Assembly: GCF_009914755.1 (NCBI RefSeq)
Contig: NC_060937.1
From: the human T2T-CHM13v2.0 reference genome, Homo sapiens
Reading direction: 5' to 3' (one strand)
DNA length: 64,000 bases
The position numbers were made by a program, and so were the translations under genes. The notes below the pieces were generated by a model. That model was given only the letters and a program-made list of their open reading frames with translations. It was not told where the DNA came from and did not search any database. This document shows, in pieces, positions 37,593-50,878 of this stretch. Each line of letters begins with the position of its first letter. The first letter of the stretch is position 1.

Positions 37593-40079
37593 AAGAGGGG
37601 AGAAGGGAGAGGAGAAAGGAGAGGAAAGGAAGGGTGAAAGAAAGATCCTTTTCTGCTCACTTCCGGAGCAGGAATTCTGAACCTGAGGTCTGAAGTCCAT
37701 GAAACTGCATGACATTTGCTTTGCTTCTGTGTGTATATTGTGGGGAGACGGCCCTGGGGTGGTCCTCCAGCTGTAGTGATACAGTGATGCAGTGGAAGGG
37801 TGACAAAGGAAGAGCTTTTGGTGTGCTGTATTTGTTTTCTACATTTGCTAAAGGAAATGCCCACATAATTCAATGTCTTTAACCCTATCTCCATTGGGGA
37901 AAAGAATGACAAAAGGACTGCAAAGGAGAAAAGCTGAATAGAAACACTTCATCCCATCCCACTCCAGCTGCAAGTAGATGAGGGCATGTTCCCTTTTTCA
38001 ATTCTTTTCTCCCTCTGGATGGGGAGGGGCAGCACACAGTCAGGAGAAGTAGCAACTGTGCCTACATCTGCTCTAATCCCTATTTTTAGAAGAAGGAACA
38101 TTTGAGACCAGCTGTTTTCTCTTCTCCATGGGTAAGAGAGTATTTATAGAAGTCCTGTTGAGATTCTGGGGCAAGTTTGTATCATTGCGTAAAGTAGAAT
38201 AGTGGTTTTCCAGGATACATCCTGCAAGTTCTCAGACATGACCCCAGATGTCCCAAGGAGAATAGAAACCCTTCCTCTTCTATCTCTTCTCCATCCAGCC
38301 CTCCACTGCAAGAGAGATGGTTCCTATCTCTGAAGCTGGCCCCAGCGACAAGCAAGAAAGGACTGGACCAGCCTGTACTTTCCTCATCTCTTTTGTCTTA
38401 CGTTGCTGTTGAGGTCAACATAGAGGCTGGAATCTCCTCAAAATGAACTGTTTTGAGCAAATATGAACAAACCCATTAGTTTGAAAGTTCCAAGAGGGAG
38501 AGAACTTGCATCAAGTTTTAAGTCTCCCCCTGCAGGGGCTGGAGGCCACCAGGCACCTGGTAGTCTGCGCTGAGAGCCTGGGCTTCCCCATCCTCTTCAG
38601 GAGGAGAGGAGAGATGGATGGATTCTACCCCTAAAGTAAGCCAAGGAGCCATCCAGAAATGGGGTGAGGGCTCCCTAAAGGTGACTGCTCACCTCTGCCA
38701 GGGGCATCTCTGGTGGCTCAGAGTAAAAAGCTGTCAGAGGAAATTAGCGAACACAAGGATCTTGCATGTGCTGTGGATGGAACTGTGCACATTCAAGCAC
38801 CTGATCCTGTGGGTAATCAGAGAGCAATTAGGCCTCACTTAGTAGATGGAGTCTGGCCACCACAGACTGAAATGGATTTGAAGTGGATGGCAGTGATTAA
38901 GCCCAGGCCTGTGGCGGTACCCCACAGGGTCAATTACAGCTGCAGGAAAACGTGATGCTCCAACCAAGTGAGAGGAGGGCTAATTAGAGAAGCTGGGCCA
39001 GAATCGCAGATGAGCCCATCATCAAGAAGGCAAGATGGTACTGTGTCTAAACACCACCTGTTAGGTGATTCCAGATAAGCAAACATCCAAGGGAAGTGGT
39101 GGGGAGCATTCAAAGAGCAGACCCTGAGAGAGGGTGAGAAATCTGCTGATGAGTTCAGCTGGGAGCCAGGACAAAGCACAGGTGACAGCCTGGGGGACCT
39201 GTCCTAACTGGGCGATTAGACAATCAGTGACTCCTTGAGGCTTCCTGAGAGACTGAGATATAGCAGGAAAGTGGCCTAGAAGTGAGAATCTTTCTTGTTG
39301 AATCCAGAGGCAAAGTGGAGAGCACTTTTTTAACCCCTTGTCTTCCAGCTCACCTTGCCAACATAATGGTGCTCATCCACTCATTCACTTTCTGTCTGGG
39401 CCAATATTTGAGAAACTATTGTCAGAAACCATTTACGGATGGTTGGCACTTTGTCACTGACAAAGGTGTTCAGGCAGATCATAATGATAACAATGCAAAG
39501 AGCTAACATTTCCTGAGCAATTCCTCTCTGCTGTGCATTCTGCTATGTGCTTCACATGTATTTTCTTGTTGAATCCTTACAAACTAGGAGGTAGGTACCA
39601 TTATCATTGATTGATGAGGCAGAGAGAGGTTAACTTGCCAAGAACTCATGGGATGCTTGTAACACCTCAGTGAGTGAGGCAGGCAGGGTCTCCTCCATTC
39701 TGCACAAGAGGTTGTACAGGCTGGATAGAGTTGCCTAAGGTCAGACTCAAGTCACAAATGGCAATTAGGGTCCAATCTGAAGGTCTTTCTACCATGCCAT
39801 GTGGCCTATAAGAGGAGAAACAGAGCATGTGGTCTGCTTCTTTAGTTAAAGGTGTGTTTCTGTGGTGACGTCCTGGTTCCTTGCCTGACCTGCAAGGACA
39901 ATGGCTCTCACTAACCACCTTGGCTGTGCCTTATCCATCTGGGAGGAGATAATGTTGGAGATAACAGGAAAACTGGCATACAAGGGACAACCCATTGGAG
40001 AATTTTCCAGGACAGTCCATATTTGAGACAGTTTGTGCAGTTATCATCATAACTACACTCATTCTTGTCACACTGTGTA

Positions 40080-40586
<507 letters not shown>

Positions 40587-40751
40587 TATCTGATTTATGG
40601 TTAGGAAGACATTTTGTAAAATGGCTGGACTTTGTGTCAGAGCCTCACCCCCTGCCAGAAGCCCCTTTGTTCAAATGCTCTCTCCTCCATGTGAGTGAGT
40701 TCAGAACCACCAGGCCTACAGTCATTTTGTGGCATGAAAAGCCTGGACTCT

Positions 40752-41190
40752 GTGTATTAGTTATGCGGCATAACAAGTTACTCTAAAACGCAGTGGCTTA
40801 AACCAAACACATTTATCATCTCACAGTTTCTGTGGGCCCAGAATCAGGGCATGGCTGAAATGAATTCTCTTTCAGGGTCTCTCCCAGGCTGCAATGAAGA
40901 AATCAGCCAGGTAAGGGTCTCACCTGAAAGTCTGGCTGCAGCAGAAGCCAATTCTAAGCTTGCATGATCGCTGGCAGAATTCAGTTCCTCCCGGGCTCCC
41001 GACTGAGGGCCTCTGTTCCTAGTTGGTTGTTGCTCAGAGGCCACCATCAATTATTTGCCTTGTAGACTTCTCCAACAGAGTAGCTGGTTAAAGCAAAGTG
41101 TGGAAGCCAAAGCCAAGAAGGTCAAGGAGGCAAGGAGGAGAGTCTGCTAGCGAGATGGAAGTCTCAACCTTCTGTAATCTAATTGCAACA
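40752..41190 (-). mobile_element. MLT1 (MaLR) LTR
   Basis: cagtggcttaaa...tttatcatctcacagtttctgtggg. Confidence 0.75.
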
Positions 41191-42567
41191 AAATAGACTA
41201 CTATTTTTTGATTGCTTACTATGTGCTGGGCTCTGTGTTAAACACCTCGCATGAATTATCTCATATAATTCTCACGACCACCATGTGGCATAAATATTAT
41301 CTCCATTGTGCAGAAAACCTGAACTCCAGAGGGATTAAATATCTGGCTCAAGGTCAAATAGTAAATGCCAGAGCCAGGATTCAGTCAGGTCTACCAACCT
41401 CCAAAGCCCATGCCTTCAGCCACCACCATTACTGAACTGCCATTTAAGCGAAACACTCAAATTTCTTCTACCTGCCTCCTTCTTTGTGGTTCCATGGTCA
41501 CCCCCTGGAGTCCAGACCTCCTACTCTGGTGATGATAATGATGATACTGTCGGGAGAGCAGTGTGCCTTCCTACTCTACGGCTCTCTCCTAATCCTATTC
41601 TATATCCTCATTTGCTTTAGTACCATATTTATCCTGTCAAGCCCCGACTCAAAAAGTTATCACCACCTCCCTCTTTCTTATCATAGGATCATAGAACGTT
41701 AGAGCTGGAAGTATCACATTTATCTTGCCAACTTCCAGCTCAAAAAAGTCTCACCATCTCCCTATTTCCTATCAAAGAATCAGAATGTCAGAGCTGGAAG
41801 GGATCTTGGCTTTCTATTTGATGCAACTTCGTTCATAAGTTGGATAGTGGCAAGGGAGGAGGCTAACGTGGATTTCCACATGCTATGCCCATGGTAAAAT
41901 CACACCCACTCAGATGGTATAGAAAGAAGGCCCAGGCTTGGCAGAATAATGGGAGAACTGGGGAGATGTGGAGCCATTTGGGAGAGAATGGCCTCTGAGC
42001 ACGACTCTTTCCACATGGCTGGGGGGTGGCTGGTTTGCTCTCTTGACACTCCTTTTCTGATGGAATCACAGCTGACTATGGGAACTAGAGGACCAGAGCC
42101 TCCCTTGGGTGTAACTGAAGATCGGGACATAAAATCAACAGAGACAGATCATTTAATAAATGCAAGGGTGAGAGAAGGGAAGGAGCCATGGGTTTATTCA
42201 GCTGGGTGGATGGTGGCACTGCTCATGGAGACAAGGAAACCCTGAGGTCAGTGGGGAGAGCAGTTTTGAATATGCTGACATTGAGGTCTGTGAGTCATAG
42301 ATTGGGCCTGGAGGCAGTTAGATGAAACAAGAATGGCAAAAAATTGGCTGTTGAAACTGGTTAATGGGTCCAAAGGGGTTCTTTGTACTACTATGTTTTT
42401 GTATATGCTTAAAATTTCTGTGATGATGATGAAAGTGTGAACAGGCAAACAAGAAGAAGAGCATGGACTAATCTTTTCAGTGAACCTGGCCATCAAGGGA
42501 AGGAGTGAGATCCAGCAATGACTACGAGAGGCATAAAAGGGAGTTGTCTGATTAAGAGAAGAGAGAG

Positions 42568-43030
42568 TAATATAGTTTGAATATTTCTCCCCTCCAAATC
42601 TCAGGTTGAAATTTGATCCCCAAATTCAAATTCAAAGGGATCAAATTGTTAAAGGTGGGGCCTCACGGGAGGTGTTTGGGTAGTGGGGGCAGATTCCTCA
42701 TGAATGGCTTGGTGCCATTGCGAGGTAGGCCGTGAGTTCAGAAGCAAGTTCAGAGTTCTTGCTCTGTTAGTTCAAGCGAGAGCTGGTTTAAGAGAGCCTG
42801 GCATCTCCTCTTCTCTGTCTTGCTCCCTTCCTCTCACCATGTGATGTCGGCTCCCCTTCCCTCCTCCTGTGAGTGGAGGCTTCCTGAGGCCATCACTAGA
42901 AGCAGATGATGGCACCATGCTTCTTGTACAGCCTGCAGAACCATCAGCCAAATAAACCTCTTTTTTTTTTTTTTTATAAACTACGCAGCCTCAGGTATTC
43001 CTTTATATCAATGTAAAATAGGCTAAGACA
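42568..43030 (+). mobile_element. MST (MaLR) solo LTR
   Basis: ccctccaaatctca...gtacagcctgcagaacc...aataaacctc...ctaagaca. Confidence 0.85.
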
Positions 43031-43082
43031 AAGAGATCTGAGCATATATATTGGCTGAGGGGAAGCACCAGCAAAGAGGGTG

Positions 43083-43470
43083 TAGAAGTTAGCTACTGCC
43101 ACAAAATTGCTGCATAACAAAACTACCCTAGAGCTATTGGCTTATAGTCATTTATGGTCACAGATCTGTGGATTGGCTGATGGTCAGCTGATGGGAGGCA
43201 AGGCTCAGCTGAGATGGCTCGGCTTTGCCCCTCACATCTGTCTTTTTCCTGAGACAGACTGATGCAGAAATGTGGTCCTTGTGGCAATGGCAGAGCACAG
43301 GGAGCAATACATGAGGTCTCTTGAGGCCTAGGCTTGGAACCTGCACACCGTCAGTTCCAACTTACAGAATGGAAGCACGTCATGTGGATGGACTCGTAGA
43401 CAATGGGTGAGAAAATATCTCCAGCCCTCTTTACGGGCAAAACAAAGCCACATGGCAAAAGGCAGCTAAT
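43083..43470 (-). mobile_element. MLT1 (MaLR) LTR fragment
   Basis: gctgcataacaaa...ggcctaggcttggaac. Confidence 0.6.
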
Positions 43471-45205
43471 ACATGACATTTACTCACTTGAGCAGGCACA
43501 CCATAGTTCTGTTTAAGTTCACCTTCGAGGTTGACCTTCATGACTCCCAGTTTTATCCCCTCCAGACCAAAGCTGTTTGGGCCTGGGGAAGAGCTTGAAC
43601 CCCTATTGGGCCAAAGGTTCTCTTTCAGGGGGCATTAGCCATGGGGAGTTAAGGGAACAGATTACATAAGGTCTGGGCTGCTTGAGTGGAGCCAAAGCCC
43701 TCAGAAAACTACAATCACAGAGGCAGAAACTCATCCTTACCGATGAAGCTGATCTGCAGAGAAGAGAGTGGAGAGACAGGCAGAGGTAAGGAGAGGCCTG
43801 GGCCTGAGAGGACATGAAACCTGGGAGGGTAGGTGGGCAGGAGGGAGGAAAGGGAAGGTCATGGGAGGGAGAGCTGAGCAACGCACACACATGTGCACAC
43901 AGGACATGAATGCAGCAGTCTAAGAGATGACTGGAGAGCAAAGGGGGAGTGAGACTAAGGAGGACAGCAGATCCCAACAGTGACAGACTGAGACCCAAAG
44001 CGTTTGCAGACAACTCTCCCACCCTGAGGCCTTTCTGTAGTTGGTCCCGTGAGATCCCCTTGTATCCTTACAATAACTCCCTTTTCATTAGATTAGTTTG
44101 AATGGAATTATGTTCCGTGCACACAAAAGATTCCTTGCTGAAGACATTCATGTAAAATCTTTAAGGCTTCACACAATGAGTTCATAGTTGTTCATTCAAC
44201 TAATAAATAATAAGGTTAGCCCTTCATGTATGCATGTCGTCTTGCTACTGAGGACTCGAAAAGAGTATCTTCCAGTCTCTAGCCTTATAGAGGTTAAATC
44301 AAGATCAGAGAAATTAGAAATTATGTGCCTAAATAGTTAAAAATAGCCCAACACATTTGAGCATTACTATAGAAAGAAAAGGCCACAAAAGTTCAAAGGA
44401 AGAGAGGGCGGGTGCGGGTTGCAGTCACCAGGGGAGGCTTATCTAGAGGAGGCAGAACTTGATCTGGGCCTGGACTTGAGCCTCAGGTAGGAAGGGGCCT
44501 GGAGGAGGCCTGCACCCTGGGCTTCCATGTCCCACCTGAGCATTGTTACCTGATTTGTAGGAATAATAGCTAGCAGGAATACAAATGCTTTGCAAATACT
44601 AGTGTTGTAAATTTAAACCTATAAAGTCTCGGGTGTTTTAGGGAGATGACACGGGCAGCTATAGGCAAGAGAGACTAAAGGCGGGAGAGTGTAAAGGCAG
44701 GAAAATCTGTTGACAGGCTGTTACAGGTGTCAAGGCCTAGAGCAAAGAAAAGCCTAGCAGAGGTGGGGAAGGAGGAAAATGGAAAGGACAGGTACAGAGG
44801 CCAGCTAGGGAAGTGCAGAGGAGAGAGCAGGTGATACTGTCAATGGTTTCCAACCCTGAATAAGAGACTCATTTCACTGGTATGGTGGCAACAGCATTTT
44901 CAAAAGCTTCCAGGTGACTAATGTGCAGCCAGGGTTGAGAACCACTGTTATAAGTTTTCGTGGCTGGAGACAGAATTATGCCACCATTGACAGAGAGAAA
45001 AAGGGCAAAAAGAGGTGTGGTCAGACAAAGGCAGTAAGATTGACTTACAAAGAATGTTGAGTTTAAGGTGACTGCCTGACATTCAAGTAAAACACACACA
45101 GACAGACAGACAGACAGACACACACACACACACACACACACAAACCAAACCCCAGTTGTCATCTAGAAATGTGGGATATTAGAAAAATTAGAAAAACACA
45201 TTGGG

Positions 45206-45525
<320 letters not shown>

Positions 45526-46854
45526 ACACATTGGGAAGTAAACTGCAGAGAGAAAGGAGGTGGAGCTGTGGATCACAGGGTGAGAAAGAACAAAGAAAAA
45601 AGACCAAAAGTTTTTGAGTATACAGAGTGACCTGGATCCTATTAGCTGCTTTACGTGGAGAGTTGTTGGAAGAGCTGTAGATTGGTGGTAAATGTGTCTA
45701 GCATAGGGGATGGCACATAATAAATACAACTATTGGTTAATAGAATTTCATTTAATTTTAAAAATGACCCTTACTGGTGGGTATTAACAGTCTCAGTTTA
45801 AAGATAAGAAACTCAAAGAGCCCTTATCCAAAATCCTAGTTAGTAAATTTAGAGTTGGAATTCAACGTCAGGGGATTGAGGCTGAAAGCCAGCGCTCGCC
45901 TGCTATAATACATCAGTGCACAGGGCTAAGCACCAACCTAAAAAGGTGGAAGAACGATTGTCCAAGGAGACAGGACAAGTCAGGAAGGCAGGGGGAAGCC
46001 ATGAGTATGGCTATGCTGCATGGGGTCAGTGGCCAAGAAAGGCCAAAAGAAAGGAGGATCTCAGAGATTTACCGTGCACCCTGGCCCTGGGCATGAGGCA
46101 TGGGGAGGAGAAAACCAGAACTGGCGCAAGAGAAACCATTTTAGAATTCCGGAGTTGTGGGAGGGATGAGTGTAGAATTCTCCCATCCATGGACAGGGGC
46201 TAGAGTGGCAAATGAAGAAAGCAACAGGTGGACCCAAGGCATAGACACTCTCACAGCCCCGTTATCTTGAGACGGAGGATGACACAGGCGTTATCAACTT
46301 TCCCACTTTCAAGATGAGCAGACTGAGGCAAAGGAGTGTTTATGAACTGGAATACTCAGTTCATAAGCACTGATGTTAAGCCCTGGCTTGTTTCCAGAAC
46401 TGCACTGCTGTGCAGGGACCTGTTCATCACATTCCGACAAGGGCTTAATGATTCGGAATAATGCAGGATGTGAAAAATATGGATCTGGCGAACATCCCCC
46501 AAGTCATCCTGCCAGTTATCTGTATCCAAGGACATTTTTTAGGCATGTGGTCCTCATAAACTAAGATACTCATATTCATTCAGGCCTCTCAAAAGTGCTT
46601 CTCAGGTTTTGATATGCACTGAATCACCTGGAGATTTGTTTCAAGTAGGTCATCAAGGCTCTAGGGCAGTGTTCCCAAACTTTTCCTTTTTTTTTTTTTT
46701 TTTTTTTCCAACCACCTGGTCAGTTTGCCGGGGTGGGGAAGGGTAGGATGGGGAGACATCTGTATTTATTCTTTTAGAGCTCGGGGTCTCACTCTGGGCT
46801 CAAGCGATTCGCCCGCGTACCTGGGACTACAGGTGCGCACTACTGTGCCAGGAT

Positions 46855-47020
46855 AGTGGTTCCCAAACTTTTCTGCGCATTGAAATCACCTAGGAAGTTT
46901 CCAAAAATACTGATGCCTGTTTCCTACCCCCAGAAATTGTGATTTAAGTGGTCCAAGTATCCTCTAGGCTTCGGGATTTTGTAAAGCTCTCCACGTGAAT
47001 CTGAGCTTAGGAACCTCTGA
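46855..47020. mobile_element. MER5-like hAT MITE
   Basis: agtggttcccaaac...ggaacctctg termini. Confidence 0.6.
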
Positions 47021-47199
47021 ACTGGGGCTTGCAGCAGAAGCACGTAAAGCACGCAAAGAAACGAAACCACACAGGTCACACTAGTAATGTGGCAACAGGC
47101 TAACTTAAATTATGTAAGGCTAGTGCTTTCCAGAGTGTACTGGAGGACGGGAAACAAGCCCCATTTAAGCAGTGCCTCGGGATTTGAGTTGCCTGTGAA

Positions 47200-47800
47200 A
47201 CGCAGCAGCCTTCCGCCGAGGACGCAGAAACCCCCGCCTCTCATCCAGGGCTGACAGGGCACGGGCCGCGAGCCGCGGCGGGGCCTCCTGGCGCATGCGC
47301 GATCTCCCGGAGCATGCGCAGCAGCGGCGCCGGCGCGGGGCGGTGCCTGGTGACCGCGCGCGCTCCCGGAAGTGTGCCGGCGCCGCGCGAAGGTTCAGCA
47401 GGGAGCCGTGGGCCGGGCGCGCCGGTTCCCGGCACGTGTCTCGGCACGTGGCAGCGCGCCTGGCCCTGGGCTTGGAGGCGCCGGCGCCCTGGATCCGCCG
47501 GCCGTGGTCGCCGAGTCGGTGTCGTCCTTGACCATCGCCGACGCGTTCATTGCAGCCGGCGAGAGCTCAGCTCCGACCCCGCCGCGCCCCGCGCTTCCCA
47601 GGAGGTTCATCTGCTCCTTCCCTGACTGCAGCGCCAATTACAGCAAAGCCTGGAAGCTTGACGCGCACCTGTGCAAGCACACGGGGGAGGTGAGGGGGGC
47701 GAGGCTGCCAACCCTGGGCCTAGGGATGGCGCGTGGCCCCGGGGTAGCCACTGCAGTCGTGGCCAGGGCCGCAGGCCCCGCTGTGCAGCGCGTTCAGCTT
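47200..47800 (+). promoter_or_regulatory. GTF3A: GTF3A CpG-island promoter: NRF1 (47291-47300, 47312-47320), GC box (47337-47343), ETS/GABP CCGGAAGTG (47366-47374), E-boxes CACGTG (47433, 47445)
   Basis: High CpG density; motifs read directly. Confidence 0.85.
47489..47689 (+). CDS. GTF3A: TFIIIA exon 1 (CUG start; zinc finger 1)
   Basis: GCC CTG G start; (M)[12 protein letters not shown]...CSFPDC...HLCKHTGE; donor GAG|GTGAGG. Confidence 0.96.
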
Positions 47801-49842
47801 TGACATCCAGGACTTGGGGAAGGAGCTGAGGAAGTAGACAGGAAGTTGTAGGACCTTCGTTCTGCGACCTTGATATCCATGGCAGGGGCTCGGGATTTAC
47901 TAAGCAGTCATTGATCGTGAGTCTCGGCCAGCCAAGTGCCTCCCGTAATCTGCAAATAAGTGTGAGGTTTGAGGGGGCCCACCGCTACTAGACACCTGCC
48001 AAACACTGGCCCCTGGAGCTGGTACAGAAGATGGGTTACATGTACCAGGGGTCGTGAAAGCAGCATGTGCTCATTTCTTCGTAACTCCACACTGGAGAGA
48101 GCAGTGAGCAAAACAGGCAAACCCAAGGTTTCTGCTGCCATGGACCTTTGTTCCTGGGTCGAGCCGACCACAGGATAGGTGGGAATGACATGCAGTGTTG
48201 TGGTCAGGAAAGGCCTCTCTGTGTGAGCCGTGTAAGAAGGAAGGATCTAGCCATGCGGACATTTGTGCTAGGTAGAGAGAACACAAAGGGAGCCTGTGAC
48301 CCTTGGGGTGGGAGGCAGGTGGGTCTGTTTGGGTGCGGAGATCACCATATGAGGTCTGAGAAGTAGGCCCATTAGGAGTTTGGATTTTATTTTGAGGGCA
48401 GGAGAATGTCAGATACCATGATATGACGTGGCAGCCCATGTCACACACAAGTGAGGAAAACGAGGGTCATGGAGGTCAAGGAATCTGCCCAGCTTCCCAG
48501 TTTTTGGCAGAGCTAGGCTTCACACTGCCTCAGCTTAAAGCCCTTAATTTCTTAAACCACTGGGCTGCAGTCCATACCTTTGCCCCTTGCACCTCCTCTA
48601 ATTTATGGGCCACCTTCTCCAGGTGTCCTCCGGGGCCTCATTCCTTAACCTCTCCAGCACTGGAAGGCCGACCGCTTCTTCCTTGAGACCTTCTCTGGTT
48701 CTTTTCCTCTTCCTCGTCTGCCCTTTTCGTTGGATCCTCTTCTGCCCTCTGCATGTTCCACCCCGCCCAGCTCCCTCTTGCGGTCTTACATAGCCACCGG
48801 CATGACTCATAACATCCTTTATGCTTTGCCCCTCTGCCCTTCCTCTTGCCCGTTCTAGCCTCTAAATTCTGGGCTCTGTATTACCAGTAGATCCACGTAA
48901 GAGCTTGCCTTTCCTTTTAGACCGGTGTGCTGTATTTTGGATACTGGCGCTACCAGTTTCCTTAATACAGGTTGAAAAACTTGGAGTCATCTTTGTTGTC
49001 CCAGATCTCTCATGCAGATTAATTTGACAAATGTTTATTGAGCCTACTCCACGCCTGCCGCTGTGCAAGGTTCTGTGGCTCCGCCCCTGGTGGTATGTAG
49101 CTCACTGTGTTCCTGTTTGCTTGTTTTGCTCCTAGTACTCTCATGGAGGCCTCGGTGCCTCCCTCCTGGACGCCTTGGTAGTATGCTTTTCATAGTTTGA
49201 TGCACCAAACTGGTTATTTGGTTATTTGGGGTGTGTGTTTGGCTTTTACTATAGGTTCAAAATGAGTCACCCCCTCCCAACTCCTGGGTTACAAAAGGTG
49301 GTTGCATTTAGGGAGTTGAGCTGTTTTCTTTGCTTCGCCCTGGCACCTGTGAGCTTTTTCAGGTGTGACACACTTTCCTATAGCTGTGCTTGGCATTATC
49401 CTAGCACAGACCCTGGGCTTGTCTGGGATGAGACAGGCCTCCCTCGTTCCTCTGCCCTAGGCTTGCTTTTTTACATGTTAAATCATGCGGTGGTGGGGAT
49501 CCATGCAGACAAGCCATGCTAACAGCCAGGGCGTCTTTAAGAGGGGGTTGCTGTGAAAGCCTGCTGCCGGGTTGGGGGCAGGTTAAAAATGCTATGCCTG
49601 CTTATTTTAAATGCTGTTCATGGAACAAAAATCTGTGTAGTGACTTTGTGAGAAGTTGTGATGTTTATGTTGTGTAACTTTGTGCAGGAACACTGCGTCT
49701 TGCAGTGGGTGCACAGCTCTGAGTAGAAACCACCTCTTCATAGGAAGCCTGTGGCCTTAACACTAGGCAGTTTAAGCTTTTAAATAATACCAGAGTTACT
49801 AACTAGTGCAGAAGTGACATGCTTTTTCTTTTTTCCTGCTAG

Positions 49843-49943
49843 AGACCATTTGTTTGTGACTATGAAGGGTGTGGCAAGGCCTTCATCAGGGACTACCATC
49901 TGAGCCGCCACATTCTGACTCACACAGGAGAAAAGCCGTTTGT
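49843..49943 (+). CDS. GTF3A: TFIIIA exon 2
   Basis: ctag|AGA CCA TTT; [10 protein letters not shown]...HTGEKPF; GT|GTAAGT. Confidence 0.97.
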
Positions 49944-50048
49944 GTAAGTAGAGACCTGTTTTTAGGCTTTTGAAGTGGGTTGTGTTGGGCATATAGACCC
50001 AGTAAGAAGATTGATGTTAACTCACGAGATCAGGAATGTGAAGCCTGG

Positions 50049-50878
50049 CAGGGCTCGGTGGCTCATGCCTGTAATCCCAGCACTTTGGGAGGCGGAGATG
50101 GGCAGATCACTTGAACCCAGGAGTTTGAGACAAACCTGGGCAACATGGTGAAACCCCGTATGTACAAAAATACAAAAATTAGTCAGGGATGGTGGTTTGT
50201 GCCTGTAATCCTAGCTACCCAGGAGGCTGAGCTAACATAAAATGCTCATGGGTGGGGACAAGCTAAAGTATATCAACACAATGGGATACCCTACAGCCAG
50301 GAAAATGAATGCAGATGCTCTCTGCAAAGCCATGAGAAAATCACCAGGGCACTTTAATTGAAAAACCAAGGTGCAGAAGAGTCCTCTTTAGGCTACTTTT
50401 ATGTGTGTAAAAAAGCTAGGGGGTAGGGGGAGGGGTGAGTAGTGGGTGTTGGGTAGGCAGGAAGCAACTATATTTGTATTTGTTCCTATTTGTAAAGAAG
50501 TCTTAAAAGTTACATAACAAAACTAAAAATGTCATCTGTTTTGGGAGCAGTGGGGGATCCTGGCCAAGTAGGGGGTGGGGATGGTAGGAAATGCCATGCA
50601 ACCAGGAACTACTGGACATGACTCTTCCAGCTCATGATCTAACCCAGACCCTGCCCCTCTTTAGCTGTAGTTCCCCGTTTCCCACTGCTCGCTGGACAGT
50701 GCTACTTGGCTATCTCTGTGTCTTCTTAAATTCCATGTGGTAGGCTGGGTGTGGTGGCTCATGCCTGTAATCCCAGCACTTTGAGAGGCTGAGGTGGGAG
50801 GATTGCTTTGAGGCCAGGAGTTCAGGCTGGGCAAGATGGTCAGGTCCATCTCTATTAAAGAAATAAATAAATAAAAAA
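50049..50878 (+). mobile_element. Partial Alu (50049-50232) and Alu left monomer (50743-50878)
   Basis: Alu left-arm motifs. Confidence 0.8.

Noticed and set aside
47372-47488. In-frame GTG-started N-terminal extension of TFIIIA from the ORF track
   Set aside because: The GTG is part of the ETS site near the likely TSS; the CUG start gives the known 365-aa protein
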